Part shown: one piece after another, positions 9,255 to 19,301 of the stretch
How the letters are laid out: each line of letters opens with the position of its first letter
How positions within the stretch are numbered: position 1 is the first letter of the stretch
Source: an uncultured Alphaproteobacteria bacterium
GTDB taxonomy: Bacteria > Pseudomonadota > Alphaproteobacteria > HIMB59 > GCA-002718135
Reading direction: 5' to 3'
DNA: 64,000 bases
Assembly: GCA_902582755.1 (NCBI GenBank)
Contig: CACHSZ010000002.1
Location: 157,539 to 221,538 of the forward strand
Notes under the pieces: model-generated
What the model was told of the DNA's origin: nothing
Databases searched by the model: none
What the model saw: the letters and a program-made list of their open reading frames with translations, nothing else
Made by a program: the position numbers and the translations under genes

Positions 9255-10130
9255 ATGAGTAAGGTCGAATTATATAAAGATGTAAAAAATAGTTTAGGAG
9301 AAGGTATTACTTGGTCTTCAATTGACCAAAGTTTACTTTGGGTAGATATTAAACCAAAATCAGTTTTATTCAGAATTAATTTAGATAACGAAAAATTAGA
9401 AACTTTTGATTTACCTGATTTTGTAACAGCGACGTCAATAATCTCAAAGAATGAAATTGCTTTAGTCTCAAATAATGGAGTAAATAAATTTAACTTTCAA
9501 TCTAAAAAATATGAAAGAATAATTAATGTTGAAGATGATATTTTAACAAATAGATCTAATGATGGTGCATCAGATGCTAAAGGTAGGCTTTGGTTTGGAA
9601 CGATGCAAAATAATTTTAATCAAGATGGAAGTGCAAAATCTTTAAATGCTAAATCTGGTAGTTTATATTGTCTATCTGATAATAAGGTAAATATTGTTGA
9701 AACAAATCTTGGTATACCTAATACATTTGTTTGGAGTCCAGATAACACGAAATTTTATTTTGCCGATACAACTAAGGGATCATTACTAGAATACAATTTT
9801 AGCCTAGATGAAGGTAGTTTGTCAGACAAAAAAAACTTCTTCGATTTTGATAGAGGTGCTCCAGATGGATCAACTATTGATAGTGATGGTTTTATTTGGA
9901 ATTGTCGTTGGGGTGGGTCATGTGTAGTGAGAATAGATCCTAAAGGAAGAATAGATAAAATTTACGAACTACCTGTTGAAAATGTAACAAATTGTGTATT
10001 TGGAGGAAGTGATCTTAAAACTTTATTTATTACAAGTGCAACAAATTCAGGTAAAAATCAATATGATGGTAGTTTATTTGCATTAAATGTTAATGTACCT
10101 GGCCTTGAAGATAATAAATTTAAAATTTGA
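9255..10130 (+). CDS. SMP-30/gluconolactonase family sugar lactonase
   Basis: LGEG..W, NRSNDG..D..GRLWFGTM, PN..WSPD and PDGSTIDSDG motifs. Confidence 0.9.
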   Translation: MSKVELYKDVKNSLGEGITWSSIDQSLLWVDIKPKSVLFRINLDNEKLETFDLPDFVTATSIISKNEIALVSNNGVNKFNFQSKKYERIINVEDDILTNRSNDGASDAKGRLWFGTMQNNFNQDGSAKSLNAKSGSLYCLSDNKVNIVETNLGIPNTFVWSPDNTKFYFADTTKGSLLEYNFSLDEGSLSDKKNFFDFDRGAPDGSTIDSDGFIWNCRWGGSCVVRIDPKGRIDKIYELPVENVTNCVFGGSDLKTLFITSATNSGKNQYDGSLFALNVNVPGLEDNKFKI

Positions 10131-10162
10131 TTTTTTACTTTAATTAGCTAAAACTTTCACAC

Positions 10163-11896
10163 ATGAATAAAAAAAATAAATTTAGATCTTCTAATTGGTA
10201 TAATTCTAAATCACATCGAAGAGATACATTTATTCACAGAGGCTGGATGAGAAATCAAGGTCATCCAAATCATTTGTTTGATGGCCGTCCTGTAATTGGA
10301 ATTTGTAATACTTGGTCAGAATTAACTCCTTGTAATGGTCATTTCAGAGAGATAGCAGAGTCTGTTAAAAAAGGTGTTTATGAAGCCGGCGGTTTTCCTC
10401 TTGAATTTCCTGTTTTTTCAGCAAGCGAATCCAATTTAAGACCCACAGCTATGTTGTTTAGAAATTTAGCAAGTATGGATGTTGAAGAGGCAATAAGGGG
10501 TAATCCTATTGACGGAGTAGTACTATTAATGGGGTGTGACAAAACAACACCTTCGTTAATGATGGGAGCTGCAAGTGTAGATCTTCCTACTATAGGTGTT
10601 TCAGGTGGACCAATGCTCAATGGACACCATCAAGGTGAAACAATAGGTTCTGGCACTGGAGTTTGGAAACTTGATGCAGATTTAAATGCTGGCGTAATTA
10701 CAGAAGAAGATTTTATTAATGCAGAAATTTCAATGAGTAGATCGAAAGGTAATTGCATGACAATGGGGACTGCATCAACAATGGGATCAATGGTGGAAGC
10801 ATTAGGGATGTCACTACCTGGAAATGCTGCAATACCTGCAGTTGATTCAAGAAGATATGCTTTAGCACATATGTCTGGGAAAAGAATTGTTGAAATGGTT
10901 AAGGAAGACATAACTATGTCAAAAATTGTTACAAAAAAATCATTTGAAAATGCAATAAAGGTCAATGGAGCAATAGGGGGATCTACAAATGCGGTTATCC
11001 ATTTGGCTGCAATTGCTGGTCGAATGGAAATAGATTTAGATTTAGAGGACTGGAATAAATGTGGAGATGGTATTCCAACACTAGTAAACTTACAACCTTC
11101 TGGAAAATATTTAATGGAGGATTTTTATTATGCAGGTGGTGTTCCCGTAGTTATAAAAAGATTAATGGAAAAAAAACTATTAGAAGAAAATGAAATGACT
11201 GTTAATGGAAAAACTATATCTGAAAATAATATAAATGCTAAATGTTGGAACAATGATGTTATAAAAGAATTTGAAAATCCATTAACAAAAAATGGAGGAA
11301 TTAAAATTCTTAGAGGTAATATTGCTCCAAATGGTGCAATTATCAAACCATCAGCTGCATCACCAGAATTAATGAAACATACTGGAAAAGCCGTAGTCTT
11401 TGAAAGTGTTGAAGAGTTTCATGAAAAGATTGATGATCCTAATTTAGAAGTTGATGAAAATTCAATATTAGTTTTAAAAAACTGTGGGCCAAAAGGTTAT
11501 CCTGGTATGGCAGAAGTTGGCAATATGAGACTTCCACAAAAAGTTCTAAAGAAAGGTGTGAGAGATATGATTAGAATATCTGACGCCAGAATGAGTGGAA
11601 CAGCATATGGCACAGTTATACTTCATACAGCTCCAGAAGCCGCAGTTAAAGGTCCTTTAGCAGCAGTACAAAATGGAGATGAAATAGAAGTAGATGTTAC
11701 TAATGGTACAATGAATTTAAAAGTTGATGACGAAACAATAAAAAACCGTCTAGAAAATTATTCACCTGTCGTTCCAGAAATCACAGGTGGTTACCAAAAA
11801 ATGTATATAGAACATGTCATGCAAGCTGACAAAGGTGCAGACTTAGATTTTCTTATTGGTAAAAGAGGTGCTGAAGTAAAAAGGCATAGTCATTAA
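10163..11896 (+). CDS. IlvD/Edd-family sugar-acid dehydratase (L-arabinonate dehydratase-like)
   Basis: GICNTWSELTPCN, RPTAMLFRNL, GCDKTTP, GGSTN, SDARMSGT motifs; C-terminal RHSH. Confidence 0.88.
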   Translation: MNKKNKFRSSNWYNSKSHRRDTFIHRGWMRNQGHPNHLFDGRPVIGICNTWSELTPCNGHFREIAESVKKGVYEAGGFPLEFPVFSASESNLRPTAMLFRNLASMDVEEAIRGNPIDGVVLLMGCDKTTPSLMMGAASVDLPTIGVSGGPMLNGHHQGETIGSGTGVWKLDADLNAGVITEEDFINAEISMSRSKGNCMTMGTASTMGSMVEALGMSLPGNAAIPAVDSRRYALAHMSGKRIVEMVKEDITMSKIVTKKSFENAIKVNGAIGGSTNAVIHLAAIAGRMEIDLDLEDWNKCGDGIPTLVNLQPSGKYLMEDFYYAGGVPVVIKRLMEKKLLEENEMTVNGKTISENNINAKCWNNDVIKEFENPLTKNGGIKILRGNIAPNGAIIKPSAASPELMKHTGKAVVFESVEEFHEKIDDPNLEVDENSILVLKNCGPKGYPGMAEVGNMRLPQKVLKKGVRDMIRISDARMSGTAYGTVILHTAPEAAVKGPLAAVQNGDEIEVDVTNGTMNLKVDDETIKNRLENYSPVVPEITGGYQKMYIEHVMQADKGADLDFLIGKRGAEVKRHSH

Positions 11897-11903
11897 TTAA
11901 TTT

Positions 11904-13274
11904 TTATAAATCAAAAACCTTACCTGGATTTAAAATATTATTTGGATCGAAACTTTTTTTAATTAATTTCATTAACGGAATATTATCGGGGTGTTGTTTC
12001 AGTAAATACTCTTTTTTTTGAAGACCAATACCATGCTCACCAGTAATTGTTCCTTCCATCTCTAAAGCTTTATCAATTAATTTATTACTAAATTCTCTAA
12101 TATATTTATATTCATTTTCTTTACTAGGATCATAGATAATAGATACATGAAAATTTCCATCACCCACATGACCAACCATTGGCGCTTTTAATCCAGTGTT
12201 ACGCAGTTCTGTTTCTGCAAATTTAATACATTCCACAATATTTGAAATAGGCACACAAACATCAGTAACATACACTCTAATATTATCACCTTGAGCTTTT
12301 ACAGAATAATAAACATTATGTCTTGCTTTCCAGATTTTGTTTCTTTCTTCTGTATTTGTAGCCCATTTAAACTCACTGCCATTATTATTTTTGGAAATTT
12401 CTTCAACTACACCAATTGATTCTTTATTTGAAATCTCGCTACCATGAAACTCATAGAAAAGTGTTGGCAGACGATCTAAATTGTCTAGTTGTGAGTATCG
12501 TATACTTATATCCATTTGATCTTTATTTAATAACTCTACTCTTGCAATAGGGACGCCATATTGAATTATTTCTTGTGCTGTTAAAACTGCAGAGTCTAGA
12601 TCAGGGAATTGACAAACAGCACTCATTATACTCTCTGGAATTGGAGACAATCGTAGATGCACTTCAGTTATTATTCCTAATGTTCCCTCTGATCCAACAA
12701 AAAGATTGGTTAGATTATATCCTGCAGATGTTTTTTTAGATCTTGTTCCTGTATTTATAATTTCACCATTGGCCATTACAACGGTTAAACCAAGGACTGT
12801 AGTTCTCATTGTACCATATCTCACAGCCATTGTTCCTGAAGCAGAACAAGCAGCCATACCCCCTAGAGAAGCATTTGCACCGGGATCAATTGGAAAGAAA
12901 ACTCCTTTATCTTTTAAAGTTTCATTGAGTTGTTCTCTAGACACATTTGCTTGAACTCGACAATCAAAGTCTGACTCATTAATAGATATAATTTTGTTAA
13001 AATTTTCCATAGAGATTGTGAAACCTTCATCATTTCCAACAACATGACCCTCTAATGATGTGCCTGTGCCATAGGCAGTTACTGGTACTTTAAATTCATT
13101 ACAAATTTTAAGTATTTTTGAAAGTTCTTCATTGTTGTTTGGAAATAAAACTGCTCTAGGTAGAACAGGATCATAAGCATCTTCACCTTTTGCATGATTA
13201 TTTCTTACACTTTCTGAAAATGATATTCTTTCTTGTAAAATATCTTTTAAATTGTCCAATAATCCTCTATCCAT
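11904..13274 (-). CDS. FAD-linked 2-hydroxyacid oxidase/dehydrogenase (D-lactate dehydrogenase / GlcD-like)
   Basis: GTGTSLEGH, FPIDPGA, GSEGTLG, GHVGDGNFH, GEHGIG and NPGK motifs. Confidence 0.88.
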   Translation of the reverse strand: MDRGLLDNLKDILQERISFSESVRNNHAKGEDAYDPVLPRAVLFPNNNEELSKILKICNEFKVPVTAYGTGTSLEGHVVGNDEGFTISMENFNKIISINESDFDCRVQANVSREQLNETLKDKGVFFPIDPGANASLGGMAACSASGTMAVRYGTMRTTVLGLTVVMANGEIINTGTRSKKTSAGYNLTNLFVGSEGTLGIITEVHLRLSPIPESIMSAVCQFPDLDSAVLTAQEIIQYGVPIARVELLNKDQMDISIRYSQLDNLDRLPTLFYEFHGSEISNKESIGVVEEISKNNNGSEFKWATNTEERNKIWKARHNVYYSVKAQGDNIRVYVTDVCVPISNIVECIKFAETELRNTGLKAPMVGHVGDGNFHVSIIYDPSKENEYKYIREFSNKLIDKALEMEGTITGEHGIGLQKKEYLLKQHPDNIPLMKLIKKSFDPNNILNPGKVFDL

Positions 13275-13307
13275 TAATTAATAATATTAATTATTCAATA
13301 AAAGTAA

Positions 13308-14306
13308 ATGAATACCACGCCATTAGAATTAGAAAATATATATGATCTAGCATATAAAGCATTATCAACTAATGGATGTGATCATTTCAATGCTGATTCT
13401 GTAGCGACAACAGTTTCACATGCTGAAAGAGATGGAAGTGTTTCTCATGGATTATTTCGAATTCCTGGTTATGTAGCTTCTCTTAAAAGTAAAAAAGTTA
13501 ATGGAGTCTCAAGACCTACAAATACTTATCTTACACAAAATGCGATTCGTGTTGAAGGTGATTATGGTTTTGCTCCTGTAGGTATAAAAGTTGGTTTGCC
13601 TGAATTGATAAAAACAACAAATAAACACGGAGTTGGTGTTTTAACTATATCTAATACTCATCACTTTGCAGCCTTATGGCACGAAACTGAAGCATTGGCT
13701 GAAAACAACTTAGTTGGGATTGCTTGTACAGCTTATAAACCAAGTGTAGCTCCGGCTGGTGCAAAAAAACCACTATTTGGAACAAATCCAATATCATTTG
13801 CTTGGCCTAGAAAAAATAATACCCCAGTAGTCTATGATATGGCAACTTCAACAATGGCGATGGGGGAAGTTCAGGTTGCAGCACGTGATGGCCATAAAGT
13901 TCCATTTGGAACAGGCTTAAATAAAAATGGAGAAAAAACTGATAATCCTTCTGAAATTGCAAATGGAGGAGTACTTTTAACATTTGGTGACTACAAAGGT
14001 TCTGCAATAGCAATGATGATTGAGTTATTAGCTGCAGGTCTAGTAGGAGATTTATTTAGTTTTGAAGCTAAAGAAGAAGACAATAATGATGGAGGTCCTG
14101 CAAGGGGCGGTGAATTTATTATGGCCTTATCTCCAGAGCTCATTGCAGGAAAAAATTGGAATGAACATGCTGAGAAATTTTTTGAACAAATGACATCTTT
14201 AGACGGTGTACGTTTGCCTGGACAACGAAGACACACTAATAGGCAAAATAAAGGTCCAAGACAAATTAATTCAGAGCTAATAGAAAAGATAAACAGTCTA
14301 ATCTAA
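13308..14306 (+). CDS. Ldh_2-family oxidoreductase (ComC/DpkA-like)
   Basis: SHGLFR, HHFAALW, FGTNP, DMATS, YKGS and RLPG motifs. Confidence 0.85.
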   Translation: MNTTPLELENIYDLAYKALSTNGCDHFNADSVATTVSHAERDGSVSHGLFRIPGYVASLKSKKVNGVSRPTNTYLTQNAIRVEGDYGFAPVGIKVGLPELIKTTNKHGVGVLTISNTHHFAALWHETEALAENNLVGIACTAYKPSVAPAGAKKPLFGTNPISFAWPRKNNTPVVYDMATSTMAMGEVQVAARDGHKVPFGTGLNKNGEKTDNPSEIANGGVLLTFGDYKGSAIAMMIELLAAGLVGDLFSFEAKEEDNNDGGPARGGEFIMALSPELIAGKNWNEHAEKFFEQMTSLDGVRLPGQRRHTNRQNKGPRQINSELIEKINSLI

Positions 14307-14313
14307 TCCATTT

Positions 14314-15504
14314 ATGGATAATATTAAATTAGATTTTCAAAAACATATTGATGCAGGAAGATGTAATGGAGCTGAATGGATAATAAATCATAAAAATAAT
14401 ATTTATCATGACGTAATTGGTTACAAAGATTTGGAATTAAAAAATAAGCTAAATAAAAATTCATATTATAGAATTTGGTCAATGACAAAGCCAATTATTG
14501 GTTTTGCAGCAATGCAATTAATTGAAAAAAATTTCTTATCTCTTGATGATACTATAGATAAACATTTATCTGATTTTAAAAATTTAAAAAAACTTAGTAG
14601 TATTGAGAGTAATTTAAAAAATACAACTTCTCTAGAAGATAAACCTACTGTTAGACAACTTTTACAACATACAGCAGGCTTTACATATAACAGTTGTGAT
14701 AATTTTTTAGCTCAAGAATATGAGGATAGAAGTTTATTTCATTCTGTATCTTCAAGTTTGGAGGAAGAGATTAGTAAAATTTCTGAATTACCTCTGTTAT
14801 ATGAACCTGGTTCAAAATGGCATTATTCTATATCTATTGATGTTTTAGCCAGAATTATAGAAGTTGTAACAAAAGATAAAATTTTTGACGTTTTAAACGA
14901 AAATATTTTTTTACCTTTAGAAATGAATAATACAAATTTTTATATTGATGAAAATAGTAATAGTAAATTAGTTGAAACATTTGAATATAACAGCAATAAA
15001 TTAAAACTAACAAATTTAAATTATGATAAAAGAAAGTTAATATTATACGGGTACCCAACAAATAATAAAAATTATTCCAGAGGAGGCCATGGTTTGTTTT
15101 CTACAGCTGAAGATTATGAAAAATTTGCTACAATGCTTATCGATGGTAAAAATAAAAATGGAAAAGAGCTCATTAATTCTCAAAGTTTAGAATTAATGCG
15201 AAATAATTCTTTAAATAAAGAGTTATTTCCAATTGAAATCACATCAATTAATACGAATAAAGATGAAGATTATGAAAATGATCTAGATGGATATGGTTGG
15301 GGTTTAGGATTTAGAGTGTTAATGAATAATACCTCTCAAAATAAGTTTGGTCCAATTGGAGAATTTGGATGGTCAGGCTATGCCGCTACTTATTTTTTGG
15401 CAGATCCAAAAAATAATTTGTCAGCTGTTTTAATGATGCAAATTTTAGATGCAGATAAGAATATTAAAAAAGATTTTTACAATAATATCTTTAAAAATCT
15501 TTAA
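14314..15504 (+). CDS. Beta-lactamase-family serine hydrolase/esterase
   Basis: SMTK (SxxK), LLQHTAG, PG..WHYS and FGWSG motifs. Confidence 0.88.
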   Translation: MDNIKLDFQKHIDAGRCNGAEWIINHKNNIYHDVIGYKDLELKNKLNKNSYYRIWSMTKPIIGFAAMQLIEKNFLSLDDTIDKHLSDFKNLKKLSSIESNLKNTTSLEDKPTVRQLLQHTAGFTYNSCDNFLAQEYEDRSLFHSVSSSLEEEISKISELPLLYEPGSKWHYSISIDVLARIIEVVTKDKIFDVLNENIFLPLEMNNTNFYIDENSNSKLVETFEYNSNKLKLTNLNYDKRKLILYGYPTNNKNYSRGGHGLFSTAEDYEKFATMLIDGKNKNGKELINSQSLELMRNNSLNKELFPIEITSINTNKDEDYENDLDGYGWGLGFRVLMNNTSQNKFGPIGEFGWSGYAATYFLADPKNNLSAVLMMQILDADKNIKKDFYNNIFKNL

Positions 15505-16364
15505 TGAACATGAAATCAAATCCCTATACCTATGGAATAATTTTAACTCTTTTAACTTATTTATCTTTTGGTATTTTAGATACAATTCAAAAAACAGCAG
15601 TTCAATATCACTCTGTTTTTGTATTATTATTTGTAAAATTTACTTTCTGTTTTATTTTTTCTTTTTTTATTGCAAAAAAAAATAAAGTTAAAAAATTTTA
15701 TCTTTCAAATAATTACAAGATACAAATAACTAGATGTATTTTATCTGTATGTGAATCTTGTTTTTTTGTATTGTCTTTTAGGCACTTAGCTCTGGCAGAT
15801 GCTCATACTATAGGATCTTTAGCTCCTGTTCTAGTTTTAGTTTTCTCTTATTTTATTTTAAAAGAAAAAATAAATGTGGCAACTTGGCTTGCAATCGCTG
15901 TTAGTTTCTGTGGAGTTATTCTAATCATGCGACCTGGACTAACTATATTTAATCCATATCTAATTATTCCATTATGTGCTGCTTTTTTCTATTCACTTTT
16001 TCAAATAGCAACTAGATTAAATGCTAAGTATGATGATAATGAAACTATGTTATTCTACAATGGTCTTATAGGCGCTATTATTACATTTGTACTATCACTT
16101 TTTTTCTGGCAACCACTACATTCATTTTCTTTTATTTTTTTTATTTTTTTGGGTATCTTTTTTTGTACAGGTTTATTTTTACAAATTAAGGCATTGAGTG
16201 TTACACCAGCTAGTATTTTAGCACCTTATAATTATACTATAATTGTTTGGGGAATAATTTTTGGTTTATTAGTATATGGAGAAGTCCCAGATATATTTAC
16301 GATTATAGGAGCAATTATTATTGTTTCATCAGGAATATTTATATTTAGATATTCTTATAAGTAG
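15504..16364 (+). CDS. DMT/EamA-family transporter
   Basis: About 10 hydrophobic segments; LKEK, IMRPG and LAPYNY motifs. Confidence 0.88.
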   Translation: MNMKSNPYTYGIILTLLTYLSFGILDTIQKTAVQYHSVFVLLFVKFTFCFIFSFFIAKKNKVKKFYLSNNYKIQITRCILSVCESCFFVLSFRHLALADAHTIGSLAPVLVLVFSYFILKEKINVATWLAIAVSFCGVILIMRPGLTIFNPYLIIPLCAAFFYSLFQIATRLNAKYDDNETMLFYNGLIGAIITFVLSLFFWQPLHSFSFIFFIFLGIFFCTGLFLQIKALSVTPASILAPYNYTIIVWGIIFGLLVYGEVPDIFTIIGAIIIVSSGIFIFRYSYK

Positions 16365-16413
16365 TTTTAATTTCTTTGTATCAATTAAAAAATTAATGTT
16401 ATAAATTTGCTTT

Positions 16414-17898
16414 ATGTTTATTGGTATCGATCTTGGAACTTCATCAGTCAAAATGATTTTAATTGATCAAAATCAAAGCATTCTTGCATCCGCTAATTCA
16501 AGTCTTACTGTACAATCACCTAAAGATGGTTTTAGTGAACAAAATCCACAAGAATGGATTGATTCAACAATAGAATGCTTGGAGGCGTTAAAATCAAAAA
16601 AACCAAAAGAATTTTCACAAACTATTTCAATAGGAATATCAGGTCATATGCATGGAGCTACGTTAATAGACAAGGATGGAAAAGTTATTAGACCATGTAT
16701 TCTTTGGAATGATACAAGATCATATCAAGAGTGTGAAGAATTTGAAAAACAAAATTTTGATGTACGATCAATTTCAGGAAATATCACCATGCCCGGTTTT
16801 ACTGCACCAAAAATAAATTGGATAAAAAATAATGAAATTGATAATTTTAAAAAAATTTTCAAAGTTTTACTTCCGAAAGATTATTTACGATTTGTTCTTA
16901 CTGGTGAATTTTTTTCTGAAATGTCAGATGCATCTGGAACATTATGGCTAGATATTCAAAAAAGAAAATGGTCTAATCAACTTTTATCTTGCTCATTTTT
17001 AGAAGAAAAACACATGCCAGATTTAGTGGAAGGAAATGAGCAGACAGGATTTTTAAAAAAAGATTTAAAAGAGAAATTTAATTTTAACAATAATGTTAAA
17101 GTTGTGGGTGGAGCAGGTGATAATGCTGCCGCAGCAACTGGTATGGGTATAACAAATAAAAATCAATCATTTATATCTCTTGGCACTTCAGGGGTTTTTT
17201 TTACTCCCACTGAAAATTTTTTGAGTAATACTGGAGATGCAGTACATTCTTTCTGTCATTGTTTACCAAATAAATGGCACTTAATGTCTGTTATGTTAAG
17301 TGCAAGTAATTGTTTAGATTGGATTTGCACCATAACCAATACTGCAATTGCTGATACACTCAATAATGTGGAGCATTTTTATAATGATCAAAATTCTATA
17401 AAAAATTCTTCTTATTTTTTACCTTATTTGTCAGGAGAAAGAACCCCACATAATGATCCACATATTAGAGGTTCGCTCCATTCTATAAAAACAACAACAA
17501 ATGCAACAGATCTACAGTATGCAGTAATTGAAGGTGTCAGTTTTGGTATATTAGATGGAGTAAATTCTATTTTGAAAGTTAATAATAACTTTGATAAAAT
17601 ATTTATGGTTGGAGGAGGATCAAAAAGTTCATTTTGGATTGAATTGCTTGCATCACTTTTAAATAGGCAATTAAGTGTTTGTGATCAGAGCGAATTTGGT
17701 GCCGCACTTGGCGTTGCAAGATTAGCTATGTATGAAGATGCTACTAATGATAATAAAGAAAATATTATTAGTGAAATAAAAATAAGTAAAACTTATGAGC
17801 CTAATGAAGATAATATTGATCTTTTATTAAAAAGATATTCAATTTGGAAAGATTTATATAACAGTAATAATAAGATCGCTCAAAATCAAATTTTTTAG
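16414..17898 (+). CDS. xylB: Xylulokinase
   Basis: FGGY kinase motifs GIDLGTSS, SGHMHG, ILWND, MPGFTAPK, GAGDNAA, SLGTSG, VHSFCH, PYLSGERTPHND. Confidence 0.92.
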   Translation: MFIGIDLGTSSVKMILIDQNQSILASANSSLTVQSPKDGFSEQNPQEWIDSTIECLEALKSKKPKEFSQTISIGISGHMHGATLIDKDGKVIRPCILWNDTRSYQECEEFEKQNFDVRSISGNITMPGFTAPKINWIKNNEIDNFKKIFKVLLPKDYLRFVLTGEFFSEMSDASGTLWLDIQKRKWSNQLLSCSFLEEKHMPDLVEGNEQTGFLKKDLKEKFNFNNNVKVVGGAGDNAAAATGMGITNKNQSFISLGTSGVFFTPTENFLSNTGDAVHSFCHCLPNKWHLMSVMLSASNCLDWICTITNTAIADTLNNVEHFYNDQNSIKNSSYFLPYLSGERTPHNDPHIRGSLHSIKTTTNATDLQYAVIEGVSFGILDGVNSILKVNNNFDKIFMVGGGSKSSFWIELLASLLNRQLSVCDQSEFGAALGVARLAMYEDATNDNKENIISEIKISKTYEPNEDNIDLLLKRYSIWKDLYNSNNKIAQNQIF

Positions 17899-19301
17899 TA
17901 AATATTTTCTAAAAAATTAATTTTTTCCTCTAAAATTTGAGAAAATAAAGGAAACTGTTTTGGTGTATCACCCCAAAGCTCTACACAATTTGTAAATTCA
18001 ATAACTTTTTCTTTTTCTAAATAATATTTGATCCATTCCCAACTGGGTTCATAATATTCAAAATTTAATTTTTTATCTTTTATTTTCAACATAAAAACAT
18101 ACCAACTTGCGATTGCATCAATACAGTTTTCTGGAATTATTTTTTTTTCAAAGCAATTACGTATGGTCGGTAATATAAATATTGGAAATTTACCTACTCC
18201 ATCCATTGCAATCCTCTCTAATTTATCAGCAATATTTTTATTTTTAAACCTTTCATAAATTGTGACCATATATTCCTCTAAATTAAAGGGTTTGTGTACA
18301 AGAGCTGGTAATATTTCTTTTTGTTGAATTTCAAAGAAATATTGTTCCAAATTTTTATCAGATATTGCTTCATCATACGTTGTGTAACCTTTAAGTGCAC
18401 CAAAATAACTTAATGCTACGTGAGCTCCATTAAGAATTCTAATTTTTGCTTCTTCATAAGGAAAAACATCATCCACAAACTTGACACCAACATCTTCCAG
18501 TCTTGGCCTTTCATTGATGAAGTCATCCTCTATTATCCATTGAATAAATGACTCAGCCATAACACCACAATTATCATCTAAATTAAATTTTTCCATTATT
18601 TCAGATTTTAAAAATTCAGGAGTTCTAGGAGTAATTCGATCAACAACACAAGAGGGAAAACTTACATTATTTTCTATCCATTCTAAAAGTTCATATTCTT
18701 TAGACACTGATAAGTATTGCTTCAAACAGTCTTGTAACATTACTCCATTTTCCCTAATATTGTCACAACACAATAATGTGATTTTTTTATTTATAGACAC
18801 CATCCTTTTTTTTAAAGCTGCCATGAGATAGGAATAAATGATACTATGTTCTTTTCCTTCAATATTATTTTTAATAATTTCTAAATTTAAATTTAATTTA
18901 TTTTTTTCATTTATATAGTAACCACTTTCAGTAACAGTCATAGTAACTAATTTTACATCTGGATTTGCAAGTGCATCCTCAGCTTCTTCTTTATTTCTAC
19001 TCCAGTCTATTAATTCAATTATCGAATTAATTTCTTTATATTCTTCTTCTCCGGATGTAGAAATTGTTTTAAGAATATATTTTCCTTTTTTTAATTTAAG
19101 ATTATCAAAATTTTTGCAATCTTCTTTTCTTAAATTAATTCCACAAATTCCCCAATTAAGATCATTAAACGTATTAAGATATTCATGTATATAGTTTGCC
19201 TGATGAGCTCTATGAAAGTTCCCAACACCAAGATGAACAATACCAGTTTTACAATTCTCTCTCTTAAAAGATGAAATAACTAATTCATTTTTATTCATCA
19301 A
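17895..19301 (-). CDS. Mannitol dehydrogenase family protein (D-arabitol 4-/mannitol 2-dehydrogenase-like)
   Basis: IVHLGVGNFHRAHQA, TVTESGY, CDN, VDRITP, QWIIED and YEEAKIRILNGAH motifs. Confidence 0.88.
   Translation of the reverse strand: MMNKNELVISSFKRENCKTGIVHLGVGNFHRAHQANYIHEYLNTFNDLNWGICGINLRKEDCKNFDNLKLKKGKYILKTISTSGEEEYKEINSIIELIDWSRNKEEAEDALANPDVKLVTMTVTESGYYINEKNKLNLNLEIIKNNIEGKEHSIIYSYLMAALKKRMVSINKKITLLCCDNIRENGVMLQDCLKQYLSVSKEYELLEWIENNVSFPSCVVDRITPRTPEFLKSEIMEKFNLDDNCGVMAESFIQWIIEDDFINERPRLEDVGVKFVDDVFPYEEAKIRILNGAHVALSYFGALKGYTTYDEAISDKNLEQYFFEIQQKEILPALVHKPFNLEEYMVTIYERFKNKNIADKLERIAMDGVGKFPIFILPTIRNCFEKKIIPENCIDAIASWYVFMLKIKDKKLNFEYYEPSWEWIKYYLEKEKVIEFTNCVELWGDTPKQFPLFSQILEEKINFLENIY

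Noticed and set aside
14314-15504. Antibiotic-resistance beta-lactamase
   Set aside because: No signal peptide; the motifs fit cytoplasmic family VIII esterase-like hydrolases
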